Source of the DNA: an uncultured Desulfosarcina sp.
Lineage (GTDB): Bacteria > Desulfobacterota > Desulfobacteria > Desulfobacterales > Desulfosarcinaceae
Direction: 5' to 3'
NCBI GenBank assembly: GCA_963674945.2
Contig: CAXXWQ010000003.1
Location: forward strand, 1,504,001 to 1,568,000
DNA: 64,000 nucleotides
In this document: piece after piece, positions 9,961 to 21,350 of the stretch
Layout: every line of letters begins with the position of its first letter
How positions within the stretch are numbered: the first letter of the stretch is position 1
The notes under the pieces: model-generated
Databases searched by the model: none
Told to the model about the DNA's origin: nothing
Seen by the model: the letters and a program-made list of their open reading frames with translations, nothing else
Program-made: the position numbers and the translations under genes

Positions 9961-11151
9961 ATGATGTCCGCAATCGATCCCCGGGAACCAATGATTACCA
10001 GTCGCTCCATGGCAAAGTGTTCTTTGTACCTGTCGGCACTGTTTTTCTGCATTGTCGGCGCGGCGTTTCCGACGCAGCCCTCCCAGGGAAGAAAAGACAA
10101 CCGTGACCCTTTGGATCTGCTGCATTCACCTGCAATGATCTCTGATGATGCGGCATCTTCCGCGCTTATGGATGTGTGCCGCATCGACAACCGCCTGATT
10201 GCCGTCGGCGAACGGGGGTATATCCTCTACTCGGACGACTCTGGAAAAGCCTGGACCCAGGCATGGGTGCCGGTGAGCGTGACCTTGACGGCCGTAACAT
10301 TCCCTTTTTTCCAGGTGGGTTGGGCCGTAGGCCACGACGGCGTCATTCTTCACAGTCAAGATGGTGGCGTGACGTGGAAAAAGCAACTCGACGGCAGGGA
10401 GATCAACCTTCTGATGATGGCAAAACTGGCGCCCCTTATCCAGGAGAAGGAAAACCGCCTTGCCGATACCGATGAAAAAGAACGCGACGAAATCGAACGC
10501 AACCTGGAGAATTTGGAATATTTTCTGGATGACGTCAAGATGGCCGTCGAAGAAGGTCCGACCCGGCCGCTGATGGATGTGTGGTTCAAAAACGGACGGG
10601 AAGGTTTCGCCATCGGTTCCTTTGGCATGCTTTTGCAAACCACGGACGGTGGAGAAAACTGGGTATCCTTGCTTGACCGTATCGACAACCCGGATGGATA
10701 TCACTATTACGGGATATGCCGCTCCGGTGATGCCCTGTACATCGCCGGAGAGGCGGGAATGCTGTTTCGCTCCGATGACTGGGGAGAAACGTGGATCCGC
10801 CTCGCATCCCCTTACGAAGGGTCCTTTTTCGGAATTGCAGGGTCCGACGACGGCAGTGCGGTCGCCGCTTTCGGGCTTCGGGGCAGCTTGTTTCTTTCTT
10901 ACGACGGGGGAAACACCTGGGATCGGGTGGACCATGGCAAAAAGGCGTCGATTTCTGCCGGCGTCTTTATATCAGATGATACCTTGGTTCTGGTCTGTGT
11001 GGACGGATCGATTCTTCTCAGTCGGGACAAAGGAAGAACATTTACAGCGTTTGCCCAACGCTTTCCCGGCAGTACTTCGGTTGCCGAATCAAATGATCAT
11101 CATATCGTAGTAACGGGGCTAAGGGGAGTGATGCGCTTTGCTCGCCAATGA
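9961..11151 (+). CDS. YCF48-like/BNR-repeat beta-propeller protein (start uncertain, 9889-10009)
   Basis: Repeated SxDxGxTW Asp-box motifs, AVGERG, WAVGHDGVIL, IAGEAG; AAGGA RBS before 9961. Confidence 0.85.
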   Translation: MMSAIDPREPMITSRSMAKCSLYLSALFFCIVGAAFPTQPSQGRKDNRDPLDLLHSPAMISDDAASSALMDVCRIDNRLIAVGERGYILYSDDSGKAWTQAWVPVSVTLTAVTFPFFQVGWAVGHDGVILHSQDGGVTWKKQLDGREINLLMMAKLAPLIQEKENRLADTDEKERDEIERNLENLEYFLDDVKMAVEEGPTRPLMDVWFKNGREGFAIGSFGMLLQTTDGGENWVSLLDRIDNPDGYHYYGICRSGDALYIAGEAGMLFRSDDWGETWIRLASPYEGSFFGIAGSDDGSAVAAFGLRGSLFLSYDGGNTWDRVDHGKKASISAGVFISDDTLVLVCVDGSILLSRDKGRTFTAFAQRFPGSTSVAESNDHHIVVTGLRGVMRFARQ

Positions 11152-11223
11152 AATATCGAAAAATCCCAATTGTCGCCGGGTATTGATCCGTTCCGTAAAA
11201 ACGCCAAAACAAAGAGACGATAG

Positions 11224-13626
11224 ATGTCACCTGAAGATAAAAAAAATCCCTGGATTGAAACACTGCTTTTTTCGCAACGTCCGCTTGTTCTTTGCCTGTT
11301 TTTCGTGCTTACCGTCGTGTTTGGGAACAAGATGCTGCAGCTCAAACCAGAGGCCAGCTTTTTGCGCATGATCCCAACGTATCATCCCTATATCCAGAAC
11401 TATATCGCCCACCAGGACGACCTGAAAGGATTGGGGAATACACTGCGTATCGCGGTTGAGACAACCGGAAAGAATATATTTACCAAACAGTATCTCGAAA
11501 CGGTCAAAAACATGACCGACGATGTATTTTTCGTTTCCGGCGTGGATCGCGCCGCACTGAAATCCCTCTGGACGCCGATTACCCGGTGGAGCGAAGTCAC
11601 GGAGGACGGATTTGCCGGGGGTGCGGTGATTCCCGATACCTATGACGGAAGTCAGCAAAGTTTGGACCAGGTGCGCCTGAACGTATTGAAGTCAGGCGAG
11701 GTAGGATCACTGGTTGCCAATGATTTCAAATCCAGTGTGATTCTCGTTCCCCTTCAGGATATCGATCCGGAAACGGGGGCGCCGCTGGACTATCAACAAT
11801 TCTCATCCAAACTGGAGGAGATCAGAAGCAAATACACGAGCGATACGATCAGGATTCACATTACCGGTTTTGCGAAAGTCGTGGGTGATCTCATCGATGG
11901 ATCCACACGCGTTTTGCTTTTCTTTCTCATCGCATTCATCATTCTTCTGGGTATTTTATACTACAACTCCAAATGCCTGAAGAGTACCGCGATGCGAGCC
12001 GTCTCTTCCATGGTCGCCGTGATATGGCAACTGGGGATCATGAAACTATTCGGTTATGGATTGAACCCGTACTCCATGCTCGTTCCTTTTCTCATGTTTG
12101 CGTTGGGTGTAAGCCATGGGATTCAGATGTTCAATGCAATGGCCCATGAGATGGTGCGGGGAAGGGACAAGGTCACGGCAGCACGTCTCGCATTCCGGCT
12201 TCTGTACAAACCGGGCTTTGCCGCCCTGTTTACGGATTGTATCGGTTTCGCCTCATTGTTCATCATCCGCATCGGCGTAATCCAGGACATCGCCGTGGGC
12301 GCCAGCATCGGTGTCGCCGTGGTGGCATTTACCGATCTGATGCTGCTGCCGGTATTGATGTCCTATTCCGGCATTAGCGATAAAACCATCAGAACGGTCA
12401 AACACAGGGAGACCGGCAGCCGGCACCAGTTCTGGTCCCTGTTATCCCGGGCGACAGAGCCAAGGTACGCCGCCCTCGTCATTGTTCTTGCGATCCTTGG
12501 TACGGTCGGAGGGTTTTGTTTGCGGCAGGATCTGAAAATCGGCGACCTGGATCCGGGCGCACCCGAACTGCGTCAGGATTCACGCTACAACCGGGACAAC
12601 GATTTCATGAACGCCCACTACTCGGCCAGCAGTGATATTTTCATCGTGATGCTCAAGACGCCGCCGGCAGGCAACAGTGACTATCGAGCGGTGGTTGCAA
12701 CGGACAGACTCAAATTGCGCCTGGAAGATTTGCAGGGTGTCCAAAGAGTCAAATCCCATGTGGACTATCTGAAGCTGCTCAACGCCGCATTCAACGAGGG
12801 GAATCTGAAATGGTTCGCCATCCCCAGAAGCAAGGTCGCCTTGGACAATATGGTTCTGAAAATCCCTGAAAATGTTGTCAGTCAAAAAGGCAGCCTCACG
12901 CCCATCATTGTATTTTTGAAAGACCACAAGGCCGAGACCCTCCAACAGGTTGTTCATGCCGTGGAAGAATTTGCGGCCCAATACAACGGCGACGACTTTC
13001 AGTTCCTGTTGGCCGCGGGAAATGCCGGTATCGAGGCGGCCACCAATATCGAGGTGAAGCGCGCCATGATGACTCTGACATTACTGGTTTACGGCGTCGT
13101 TATTTTCGTGTGTGTCGTCACCTATCGATCGGTTCGCGGCGCCCTTTGCGTGTGTATCCCCTTGTGTTTGACATCGATCCTGTGCGAAGCACTGATGGCA
13201 AAGATGGGCATCGGTGTCAAGGTCGCCACCTTGCCGGTCATTGCCGTGGGCGTGGGTATCGGCGTGGATTATGGCATTTATATCTACAACAAGCTTTTTT
13301 TCTATCGCACGCAGGGCCATCCCCTAAAAGCGGCGTACTACCGAACCCTCAACACGACCGGAAGAGCCGTTTCGTTCACCGGTATTACGCTGTCCATCGG
13401 CGTTGCTACGTGGGCCTTTTCTCCCATCCGCTTTCAGGCGGACATGGGCATTTTGCTCACCTTCATGTTCTTGTGGAACATGGTGGGCGCAATGGTGCTG
13501 TTACCGGCGCTTGCCAGGTACCTGTTAAAGGATACACTGGAAATCGCCGGGGTCACCGCTGATCCCCCTGCCCGAAAAAAAGCGAAGGGGATCTCTTCCA
13601 GTCAGGAGTTTTCCACCCAACCATGA
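11224..13626 (+). CDS. RND-superfamily (MMPL-type) membrane transporter
   Basis: Two-fold repeated TM/periplasmic architecture, GVSHGIQ and GVGIGVDYGIY motifs. Confidence 0.9.
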   Translation: MSPEDKKNPWIETLLFSQRPLVLCLFFVLTVVFGNKMLQLKPEASFLRMIPTYHPYIQNYIAHQDDLKGLGNTLRIAVETTGKNIFTKQYLETVKNMTDDVFFVSGVDRAALKSLWTPITRWSEVTEDGFAGGAVIPDTYDGSQQSLDQVRLNVLKSGEVGSLVANDFKSSVILVPLQDIDPETGAPLDYQQFSSKLEEIRSKYTSDTIRIHITGFAKVVGDLIDGSTRVLLFFLIAFIILLGILYYNSKCLKSTAMRAVSSMVAVIWQLGIMKLFGYGLNPYSMLVPFLMFALGVSHGIQMFNAMAHEMVRGRDKVTAARLAFRLLYKPGFAALFTDCIGFASLFIIRIGVIQDIAVGASIGVAVVAFTDLMLLPVLMSYSGISDKTIRTVKHRETGSRHQFWSLLSRATEPRYAALVIVLAILGTVGGFCLRQDLKIGDLDPGAPELRQDSRYNRDNDFMNAHYSASSDIFIVMLKTPPAGNSDYRAVVATDRLKLRLEDLQGVQRVKSHVDYLKLLNAAFNEGNLKWFAIPRSKVALDNMVLKIPENVVSQKGSLTPIIVFLKDHKAETLQQVVHAVEEFAAQYNGDDFQFLLAAGNAGIEAATNIEVKRAMMTLTLLVYGVVIFVCVVTYRSVRGALCVCIPLCLTSILCEALMAKMGIGVKVATLPVIAVGVGIGVDYGIYIYNKLFFYRTQGHPLKAAYYRTLNTTGRAVSFTGITLSIGVATWAFSPIRFQADMGILLTFMFLWNMVGAMVLLPALARYLLKDTLEIAGVTADPPARKKAKGISSSQEFSTQP

Positions 13627-13711
13627 CGGTTTCGTAAAAAGTCTCTTTTCATTTTTATTGATGAACGAGTTCCTTAGAAGTCCGAAATCTGACTTTTTTT
13701 AGAGTTCATCA
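13624..13711. repeat. REP/MITE-like imperfect inverted-repeat element
   Basis: TGACGGTTTCGTAAAAAGTC...GACTTTTTTTAGAGTTCATCA; its first TGA is the RND stop codon; related end fragments at about 133-149, 13869-13886 and 15727-15737. Confidence 0.55.
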
Positions 13712-13901
13712 ACCATAAGACCGCCACTAAATTTTTTCGTGTCGGTTGACAGAAAAATTTTTCATACTACATTGTAGCAATGGGTGTGCTCTATCCCCTA
13801 TTTCAGCAATATCAGACTTCCAGTTCTCTTGGGAATCCATAGCGTCAGCTGAAATAGGGGCAAACCAATCTTTGACGAAATCGTCATTTTCAATTTTTTG
13901 A

Positions 13902-14624
13902 ATGAGCACGATGAATACAACACAAGAAGCAAAGACCATCCTGGTTGTCGAGGATGACGAAAACACCCGATCTCTCATTGCCTTGTACCTGGAAAGAGAG
14001 GGTTTTATTCCCGTAACCGCCGGCGACGGGGAAAACGGTTTACGCTTGGCCGAGCATCACCGCCCCGCACTGGTGATTCTCGACCTGATGATTCCCAAGG
14101 TGGATGGATGGGAGGTGTGCCGCAAACTGCATCAGGATTCATCCGTACCGGTGATCATGCTAACCGCCCGCGATGAGGAGATCGACCGGGTGGCAGGCCT
14201 CACCCTCGGTGCAGACGATTACGTGGTCAAGCCCTTCAGCCCTCGCGAACTCATGGCCCGGGTCAGGGCCGTCCTGCGCCGTACGGCACCGCAACCGGAA
14301 AGGAAAAAACGCGTGCGGTCCCACGGACCGGTGCGGCTGGATCTGGAAATGCGCAGGCTCACCGTAGACAATCGGGAAGTGGTCCTCACACCACACGAAT
14401 ATGCGCTGCTGGAGGCCCTCATGACCACACCCGGACGGGTATTTACCCGCGACGAATTGTTGGACCACCTCTACCCCAATAGCGAGGCAATGGTCATCGA
14501 CCGGGTGGTGGATGTGCACATCGGAAAGCTGCGGCAAAAGATCGAACCCGTCCCGTCCAAACCATGCCGTATCCTCACCGTCCGGGGAATCGGCTATCGT
14601 TTTGCCGACAGCCAGGCCAATTGA
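13902..14624 (+). CDS. OmpR/PhoB-family response regulator
   Basis: REC (VEDD, DLMIP, GADDYVVKPFS) plus winged HTH (VDVHIGKLRQKIE, TVRGIGYRF). Confidence 0.95.
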   Translation: MSTMNTTQEAKTILVVEDDENTRSLIALYLEREGFIPVTAGDGENGLRLAEHHRPALVILDLMIPKVDGWEVCRKLHQDSSVPVIMLTARDEEIDRVAGLTLGADDYVVKPFSPRELMARVRAVLRRTAPQPERKKRVRSHGPVRLDLEMRRLTVDNREVVLTPHEYALLEALMTTPGRVFTRDELLDHLYPNSEAMVIDRVVDVHIGKLRQKIEPVPSKPCRILTVRGIGYRFADSQAN

Positions 14625-14628
14625 AACG

Positions 14629-15729
14629 ATGTTCAAACGCTACCTGATCGTCAAACTCCTGGCCGTTAACCTGCTGGTTGCCGGCTTCGCCGTGGCCGTC
14701 GTCTGGCTGGCCATCGATACCCTGGCCGCCGGCTACTTCGTCACCCTCATGGAGAAATACCACATCTCTCCGGAACCGGCCCATGCCCTGTTCGTGGATT
14801 CGGTTCACCGCTATCTCGTTTGGGCGCTTGCCGGTGCCATCGCCCTGGCCATCGGACTCAGTTATCTGATCAACCGGCGCGTTCTCGGGCCGCTGACCCG
14901 CATGACCGCCAACACAAGGGAGATTGCCGCCGGTGATTTCACGACACGGATTCCCGTTACCACCACCGATGAGGTGGGTCAATTGGCGAAGGCCTTCAAC
15001 CGAATGGCGGAGAATCTGGAGAAAATCGAACGACTGCGCCGAACGTTGATGATCGACGTGGCCCACGAACTGCGGACACCATTGACCAACATCCGCGGGT
15101 ATCTGGAAGCGCTCAACGACGGCGTGTTGCAACCGGATCCAGAGACCCTCGCCCTGCTCCAGGCGGAGACCCTGCGCCTTGCCGGCCTGGTGGAAGACGT
15201 ACTGGATCTGGCGCGTGCCGATGCCGCAGGCGGCCGGCTCAACCCGCAGTCGTTAGATCTTATACAGATGATCGAAGAGGCCTTGGAGACTTTTTCCCGG
15301 AACATCGCGGAAAAGAGGCTTACCGTAAAGGTAGACCACCTCCCGACCCACAATGGTATCCAAGCCGACCCGAACGGGCTGACCCGGATACTTCGCAACC
15401 TCATGGACAACGCCGTTCGCTATGCGCCGGCCAAAACCAATGTGACGATTCGCATGGCAGAGAAAGAACGAAATATCTTTGTAGATTTCCAAAACGAAGC
15501 CGAAAATCTTTCCGTAGAAGACATCCCCTTTCTTTTCGAACGTTTCTATCGGGGGGAAAAATCCAGATCCAGAAACCACGGCGGTGCCGGCATCGGACTA
15601 TCCATTGTCAAGGAGCTGGTCGCGGCACATGGGGGAACGGTCCATGCACGGTTGGAAAAAAATCGGGTTCATATCGGCTTCATGCTTCCGGCCGTTGGGG
15701 AAAACCCTTCGTCAACGAACAGAGGTTGA
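14629..15729 (+). CDS. Membrane sensor histidine kinase (2 TM-HAMP-HisKA-HATPase), BaeS-like; cognate of the upstream regulator
   Basis: ATG at 14629 just after the RR stop; DVAHELRTPL, NLMDNAVRY, FERFYRGEKSRSR, GAGIGLSIVK. Confidence 0.92.
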   Translation: MFKRYLIVKLLAVNLLVAGFAVAVVWLAIDTLAAGYFVTLMEKYHISPEPAHALFVDSVHRYLVWALAGAIALAIGLSYLINRRVLGPLTRMTANTREIAAGDFTTRIPVTTTDEVGQLAKAFNRMAENLEKIERLRRTLMIDVAHELRTPLTNIRGYLEALNDGVLQPDPETLALLQAETLRLAGLVEDVLDLARADAAGGRLNPQSLDLIQMIEEALETFSRNIAEKRLTVKVDHLPTHNGIQADPNGLTRILRNLMDNAVRYAPAKTNVTIRMAEKERNIFVDFQNEAENLSVEDIPFLFERFYRGEKSRSRNHGGAGIGLSIVKELVAAHGGTVHARLEKNRVHIGFMLPAVGENPSSTNRG

Positions 15730-16018
15730 CGATTTCGCCCCATTTTTTATCACGACTGCTTGCAGCTTTTCCATAAACTGATCATAACACCTTAGTAGAA
15801 TTGGACAATATCTCCTCGAGGTGATTCTTTTGCCCTCCTTGTAAAACCTGGTCGAACAAATTTTTCGTTTTAACGCTTTTTTGAGGCTTGAATTATTTTG
15901 GTCTTTTCGTTTATTTTCCAAAAATCACACAAAGCGCCCATTGCTGTTGGACTTCGCGAAATCAGCACGTTGAAATCAGACATGAGTGCCAAACGATTGA
16001 CTCCCGACGCGGGGAGAC

Positions 16019-19000
16019 ATGGAACGATGTACATTTCACATGACGGATAAAAAAATGAAATCACCATCGGCAGTCGGTCAGATGTCAAACCCCTTGCGAA
16101 ATATGCGGCTGGGGGTCAAATTCGCCCTGATGGGGACGGCAGGCGTGATCATCACGGCGGCGGCACTGGTTTTTCTTGCCGTGTGGCAAAGCGGCCGGTA
16201 CAACAATCTGGCCCAGGGCGAGGTGGAAGCCCTGATAAACGCCGACCTCGATCACATTGCACAAGGGGTCTATCATCTGGTTCGTACCGAAAACGAAGCG
16301 GTCCAGTCGCAGGTGGATGCCAACCTGAAGGTGGCGCGACACGTCCTGACCGCCTTGGGAACCGTGTCTCTGTCGACCGATACCATTGCCTGGATGGCGA
16401 CAAACCAGTTCACCAACGAATCCATATCATTGCAACTTCCCAAGCTTCTTGTAGGAAAAACGTGGCTGGGGCAAAACAACGACCTTTCCGTTGAAACGCC
16501 CATCGTGGACGAAGTGACCCAACTGGTGGGAGAGACAACCACGATCTTTCAGCGAATGAACGACAGGGGTGACATGCTCCGCGTGGCCACTACGGTGGAG
16601 GACCGTAACGGCACGCGGGCCATCGGGACCTACATCCCGGCTGTGAATCCGGACGGAACGGACAATCCCGTCGTTTCGGCCATTCTCGAAGACAAAACCT
16701 ACCACGGTCGCGCCTATGTGGTGAATGCCTGGTACCTGACGGCTTACGAACCGCTGAAAAACAGTGACGGCAGGCTTGTGGGAATGCTTTATGTCGGTGT
16801 CAGACAGAAGGCCGTGGAGGCCAGGGTGCGACACGCCATCCTGCAAACCAAGGTTGGCAGGACAGGCTATGTGTATGTCCTGGGCAGCAGCGGGGAAGAC
16901 CGGGGTCGCTACATCATCTCCCAAAAGGGAGAACGGGACGGGGAAAACATCTGGATGAGCAGGGATAGTGACGGTAACCTTGTCATCCAGGACATCATCG
17001 CCAAAGCAACGGCACTGGGTCCATTGGACATGGCCACCGTTCGTTATCGCTGGCAGAATCCCGAAGACCCGACACCCCGCTGGAAAATCGCCCGACTCGT
17101 CTATTACAGGCCGTGGGACTGGGTGATCGGGACCAGCGTGTATGAAGATGAACTCCTGGCCTACCATACCCTTTTGAGCAACGGGCGGCTTCGAATGACG
17201 CGGGACATGGCGATGGCGGGCATCGTCATCACCGCCCTGGTGGGTCTGATCAGTGTGTTGCTCACTTTGAAAATTACCCGTCCCATCCGCCAGATGACGC
17301 AGGTGGCGGAAAAAATTATCGACGGCGACCTGAACCAGGTCGTTGATGTAAGATCCCACGACGAAATCGGGATTCTCGCCCACACCTTCAACCTGATGAC
17401 CGGCAAGCTCAGACGGTCCATGGGAGACTTGAAAAAGAGTGAAGAAAAGTACCGGCTGATTTACGAAAACGCAATGGAAGGTCTTTTTCAGTCTTCACTG
17501 GAAGGCCGTTTCCTCAGCGTAAATCCGGCCACGGCACGTCTTCTCGCCTACGACTCGCCGGAAACGCTCATCTCAGACATCACCAACACCCGTCGGCAGA
17601 TCTTCAACAATCCGGAAGATCGTGATGCGATGGTTTCCAACCTGCTGGAACGGGGAGAAGTGTCGGGCTTCGAAGTTCAAGGCTGCCGCAGGGACGGAAA
17701 GAAAATATGGGTGTCCGTCAGCGCCCGCATGAGGTACGACGAGAAGGGAAAACCCGCCTTTATCGAGGGATTCATCACGGACATCACCGATCGCAAACAG
17801 GCGGAGGAAGCCCTTGGCGAATCGAGAAATTACCTCAATGAAATTATCAATGCCGTTGCAGATCCCATGTTTGTAAAAGATCAGGAACATCGGTGGGTCC
17901 TTGTCAATGATGCGTTTTGCACCTTCGTTGGGTACGCCCGGAAAGAACTTCTGGGAAAGTCCGAATATGATTTTTTCGAAAGAGACGAGGCCGATATATT
18001 CCGATCAAATGATGAACGCATCCTGGCCACAGGGAAAGAGAATATCAACGAGGAGTTATTTACGGATGCCAGGGGAATCGTTCACACGATCGTAACCAAA
18101 AAAACCCTCTATCGGGACAAAACGAGTCAAAAATTTATCGTCGGGATCATTCGGGATGTAACAGAACAGAAAGCCGCAGAAGAAGAGAAAAAACAGCTTG
18201 AACTCCGTCTCAACCAGGCCCAGAAAATGGAGGCGATCGGCACCCTGGCGGGCGGAATCGCCCATGATTTCAATAACATCCTGTCGGCGATCATCGGCTA
18301 TACCGAACTGGCCGAAGATGATGTGCGAGACCCGGACAAGAGTCGGAAGTATCTCAGGGAAGTACTCAAGGCAGGCAATCGCGCCCGGGAACTGGTCCAA
18401 CAGATTTTGACTTTCAGCCGTATGACGGGAACCGAACATTCACCCCTCGCGCTTCGGCCCATTGTCAGGGATTCGCTCAGGATGCTTCGTTCGGTCATCC
18501 CATCCACCATTGAAATAAGACAGGACCTTGCCGCTTCAGGCTTGATCATGTCCGACGCCACCCAGATCCATCAGATCATTATGAACCTGTGCACCAATGC
18601 CGCCCATGCCATGGATGAGACCGGTGGTCTGCTGGAGGTGTCGCTGAGCGAGGAGACGATAATGATCCCGACGGTTTTCCACGATTTTCATCTTATTCCA
18701 GGCCCCTATCTGAAGCTCACCATTCGGGATACCGGCAAGGGAATACCTCCGGAAATCATGGACAAAATTTTTGAACCGTACTTTACCACCAAGGAACAGG
18801 GACGCGGCACCGGCCTCGGTCTTTCCGTTATTCACGGCATCATCAAAAGTCATAACGGCGCCATCACCTGCCAAAGCGCCCTGACGGAAGGAACCACCTT
18901 TAACGTTTTTCTTCCCATGATCAAATCCGAATCGGCAAAGAGAGTGACCGGCGAAAAAAATCCCATACCGGGCGGCACCGAACGCATTCTCTTCGTCGAC

Positions 19001-19351
19001 GATGAACAGATTCTTGTGGACCTCGCCCGGAATATACTCAGCAGCAAAGGATACAAGGTAACCTGCAGAACCGGCAGTCTCGATGCCCTTGAACTGTTTC
19101 GCACTGCCCCCCGGGATTTCGACCTGGTGATCACCGACATGACCATGCCGGGAATGACTGGAGACCTTTTAGCCCTGGAACTCATCGCCATCCGCCAAGA
19201 TATTCCGGTCATTCTTTGCACGGGATACAATGAACATATCTCGGAGGCCGAAGCAAAAAAAATCGGCATCAGGGAGTTCATGCTCAAGCCGCTGAACATA
19301 CGGACGATCACCGAAACCGTCCGCAAGGTCCTCGACGCGAGAGCCCCCTGA
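16019..19351 (+). CDS. Hybrid sensor kinase (TM-Cache-TM-HAMP-PAS-PAS-HisKA-HATPase-REC); start may be 16040 or later
   Basis: Cache-type periplasmic region ([22 protein letters not shown]), [18 protein letters not shown]-terminal REC (VDDE, TDMTMP). Confidence 0.92.
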   Translation: MERCTFHMTDKKMKSPSAVGQMSNPLRNMRLGVKFALMGTAGVIITAAALVFLAVWQSGRYNNLAQGEVEALINADLDHIAQGVYHLVRTENEAVQSQVDANLKVARHVLTALGTVSLSTDTIAWMATNQFTNESISLQLPKLLVGKTWLGQNNDLSVETPIVDEVTQLVGETTTIFQRMNDRGDMLRVATTVEDRNGTRAIGTYIPAVNPDGTDNPVVSAILEDKTYHGRAYVVNAWYLTAYEPLKNSDGRLVGMLYVGVRQKAVEARVRHAILQTKVGRTGYVYVLGSSGEDRGRYIISQKGERDGENIWMSRDSDGNLVIQDIIAKATALGPLDMATVRYRWQNPEDPTPRWKIARLVYYRPWDWVIGTSVYEDELLAYHTLLSNGRLRMTRDMAMAGIVITALVGLISVLLTLKITRPIRQMTQVAEKIIDGDLNQVVDVRSHDEIGILAHTFNLMTGKLRRSMGDLKKSEEKYRLIYENAMEGLFQSSLEGRFLSVNPATARLLAYDSPETLISDITNTRRQIFNNPEDRDAMVSNLLERGEVSGFEVQGCRRDGKKIWVSVSARMRYDEKGKPAFIEGFITDITDRKQAEEALGESRNYLNEIINAVADPMFVKDQEHRWVLVNDAFCTFVGYARKELLGKSEYDFFERDEADIFRSNDERILATGKENINEELFTDARGIVHTIVTKKTLYRDKTSQKFIVGIIRDVTEQKAAEEEKKQLELRLNQAQKMEAIGTLAGGIAHDFNNILSAIIGYTELAEDDVRDPDKSRKYLREVLKAGNRARELVQQILTFSRMTGTEHSPLALRPIVRDSLRMLRSVIPSTIEIRQDLAASGLIMSDATQIHQIIMNLCTNAAHAMDETGGLLEVSLSEETIMIPTVFHDFHLIPGPYLKLTIRDTGKGIPPEIMDKIFEPYFTTKEQGRGTGLGLSVIHGIIKSHNGAITCQSALTEGTTFNVFLPMIKSESAKRVTGEKNPIPGGTERILFVDDEQILVDLARNILSSKGYKVTCRTGSLDALELFRTAPRDFDLVITDMTMPGMTGDLLALELIAIRQDIPVILCTGYNEHISEAEAKKIGIREFMLKPLNIRTITETVRKVLDARAP

Positions 19352-19403
19352 TACACGGAGGGAAAGCGTGGAATGTTAATCGGCTATTCCAAGAATGGCG
19401 AAG

Positions 19404-20138
19404 CTACTTCTTTGTGGTTCTCCGCCGGCGTGTTTTTTTCTGCTCCGTTCCAAGGCTGGTCATCATGGCGCCGATCACGGCCTCCACAGCCGCTTCGACA
19501 CTCACGTTTGCCGTATTGATCACCATGTCATAATGCACCGGATTCACAATATCGGCATTGAAGGATTGCCGCACGAAAGCGCGACGACGATTCTCGCGTG
19601 TCAGCACCCGTCTCTTGGCAGTGTCCGTCGTTACACCAAACAGGCGGGCAATGTTTTGAATACGCTGTTCTAACGGTGCGACCACCCGTACGGCGAAACG
19701 ATCCGAAGGTGGAATAATAAAATTGGCCCCTCGACCGACAATTACGGCACGGCCGTGCTTGCCGATGGTTCCGACCACCTTCATCAGATGGTTCAGATAA
19801 ATGCCGGGATAGATATATTGGGTCTTCACCAGGGAAGCGATAAAATCCTGAACACCGGAGAGTCGTTCCTTCTCCAGTGAATCGACCAACGTGTCGCTGA
19901 TGTGTGCACTTTCGGCAATCTTGTTAACAATATCTCCGTGAAAAAAATCAAAATCCAGCCGCTTGGCAATCTGCTCGGCGATAAAGCAGCCCTTGCTGCC
20001 CGGTTCCGTGCACAAAGTAACCACGGGAAACCTGACTTTTTTTTTCTTTTCGTCTTCGCTGTACAGCTTCTGCCACTTTTTAATCTGCTGATTGACGAAT
20101 TCTTCTACAGAAAGATGTTCTTGTTCTGCTTTCTTCAT
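19404..20138 (-). CDS. Cytidylate-kinase-like family protein
   Basis: VVTLCTEPGSKG P-loop variant, AVIVGRGAN, YDMVINT. Confidence 0.8.
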   Translation of the reverse strand: MKKAEQEHLSVEEFVNQQIKKWQKLYSEDEKKKKVRFPVVTLCTEPGSKGCFIAEQIAKRLDFDFFHGDIVNKIAESAHISDTLVDSLEKERLSGVQDFIASLVKTQYIYPGIYLNHLMKVVGTIGKHGRAVIVGRGANFIIPPSDRFAVRVVAPLEQRIQNIARLFGVTTDTAKRRVLTRENRRRAFVRQSFNADIVNPVHYDMVINTANVSVEAAVEAVIGAMMTSLGTEQKKTRRRRTTKK

Positions 20139-20377
20139 ATACCAAACCTCGTTTGCGCCGCACCCGGGCTGAAGTCAACGACCACCCGCAAAGCCGGTGG
20201 CTTGGATGGTCGGTCCATCGGCCGGATATCCCAAAGCACGTCAGTGCGTTCGTCGTTCGGGTTGGTTCCGGGTGTGCAGCCCCCTGAAGACAACGAACCA
20301 GGATTGGACCGCCTCGATCCATATTTGTAAAGTCGTTCCCGACAATCACAGGAACCTGTTTTTCGAGGACAAGTAGT

Positions 20378-20400
20378 AAGATCACAATAGATTGTCAAGG
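20378..20400 (-). promoter_or_regulatory. Duplicated promoter/operator-like block, copy 1
   Basis: AAGATCACAATAGATTGTCAAGG is identical to 22562-22584; contains TTGACA on the minus strand and an ACAAT-N2-ATTGT palindrome. Confidence 0.5.
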
Positions 20401-20741
20401 TAAAAAGAAGAGGATGCATTCATAAGGAGCTTGGCCGAAACAAAGGGCCAAAACCCTATTTTCTTTTCCGGTTTCATCGGTTACACTCTTACCGCAACAT
20501 GGGAGGGCCTGCACTGATGGGAAATCACCCTCTTTTTTGGCGATCAAATGTGCCGCCAGCTGATGGGAAACATAAAAATTTGTTTTTATATCGGTCAATT
20601 AAATAATTGCTTGGCAGATACTGACAGCGCTGAACAGACCAGGGTTTCCGTCGTACCGGCGTTTTTGTGCAACCTGCAATGAATCCGGAACCAATGCGTG
20701 CATATCGTTTATCAAAGCAGATAGATGAAAAAAGATACAAA

Positions 20742-21350
20742 ATGGTGTTGAACGAAAAATTTCCACAGACGCTGTTGGTACTATATTGCCTCTTTTTTGC
20801 ATTTCTGGCCATCGATCCGCGCCACCGAGGATATTGGGTAGCCGCCAATATCGCTCCCATCGCGATAACACTATTTTTTGTCCTGAGCTTTAAACGTTTT
20901 CGTTTCTCCAACCTGTCCTATTTTCTTTCTGCCTTTCTTTTATTTCTTCAGACTCTTGGGGCACATTATTTTTTTTACCTGGTGCCGTTTGATTTGATTA
21001 CGGATATTTTTAATTTCACACGTCATAATTTCGATCGAATGGTTCATGTGACCGTGGGATTTTTTGCCTATCCCATCGGTGAATTTGTAGTAAGGAAAAA
21101 AATTGTGGCAGCACCCTGGGCGGTATATCTATTTTCCTTTGCATTGATTATGACTGCCGCCGGACTTTATGAAATCTTTGAATGGATGTATCTACTGATG
21201 GTCAGCCCGGAATCGGGACCTGATTTTCTCGGTGCGCAGGGAGACATCTGGGATGCACAGAAGGATATGCTGGCAGATGGTGTCGGTGCAGTGTTGGTCC
21301 TGATACTGTTTTATTTCAATTTCCCTTCTCTTTCTTCCAGGAAGCTCTGA
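20742..21350 (+). CDS. DUF2238 (YjdF-like) inner-membrane protein (ORF open from 20667)
   Basis: FRFSNLSY, GAHY, RHNFDRMVH, YEIFEW, FLGAQGDIWDAQKDM signature; multiple TM helices. Confidence 0.85.
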   Translation: MVLNEKFPQTLLVLYCLFFAFLAIDPRHRGYWVAANIAPIAITLFFVLSFKRFRFSNLSYFLSAFLLFLQTLGAHYFFYLVPFDLITDIFNFTRHNFDRMVHVTVGFFAYPIGEFVVRKKIVAAPWAVYLFSFALIMTAAGLYEIFEWMYLLMVSPESGPDFLGAQGDIWDAQKDMLADGVGAVLVLILFYFNFPSLSSRKL

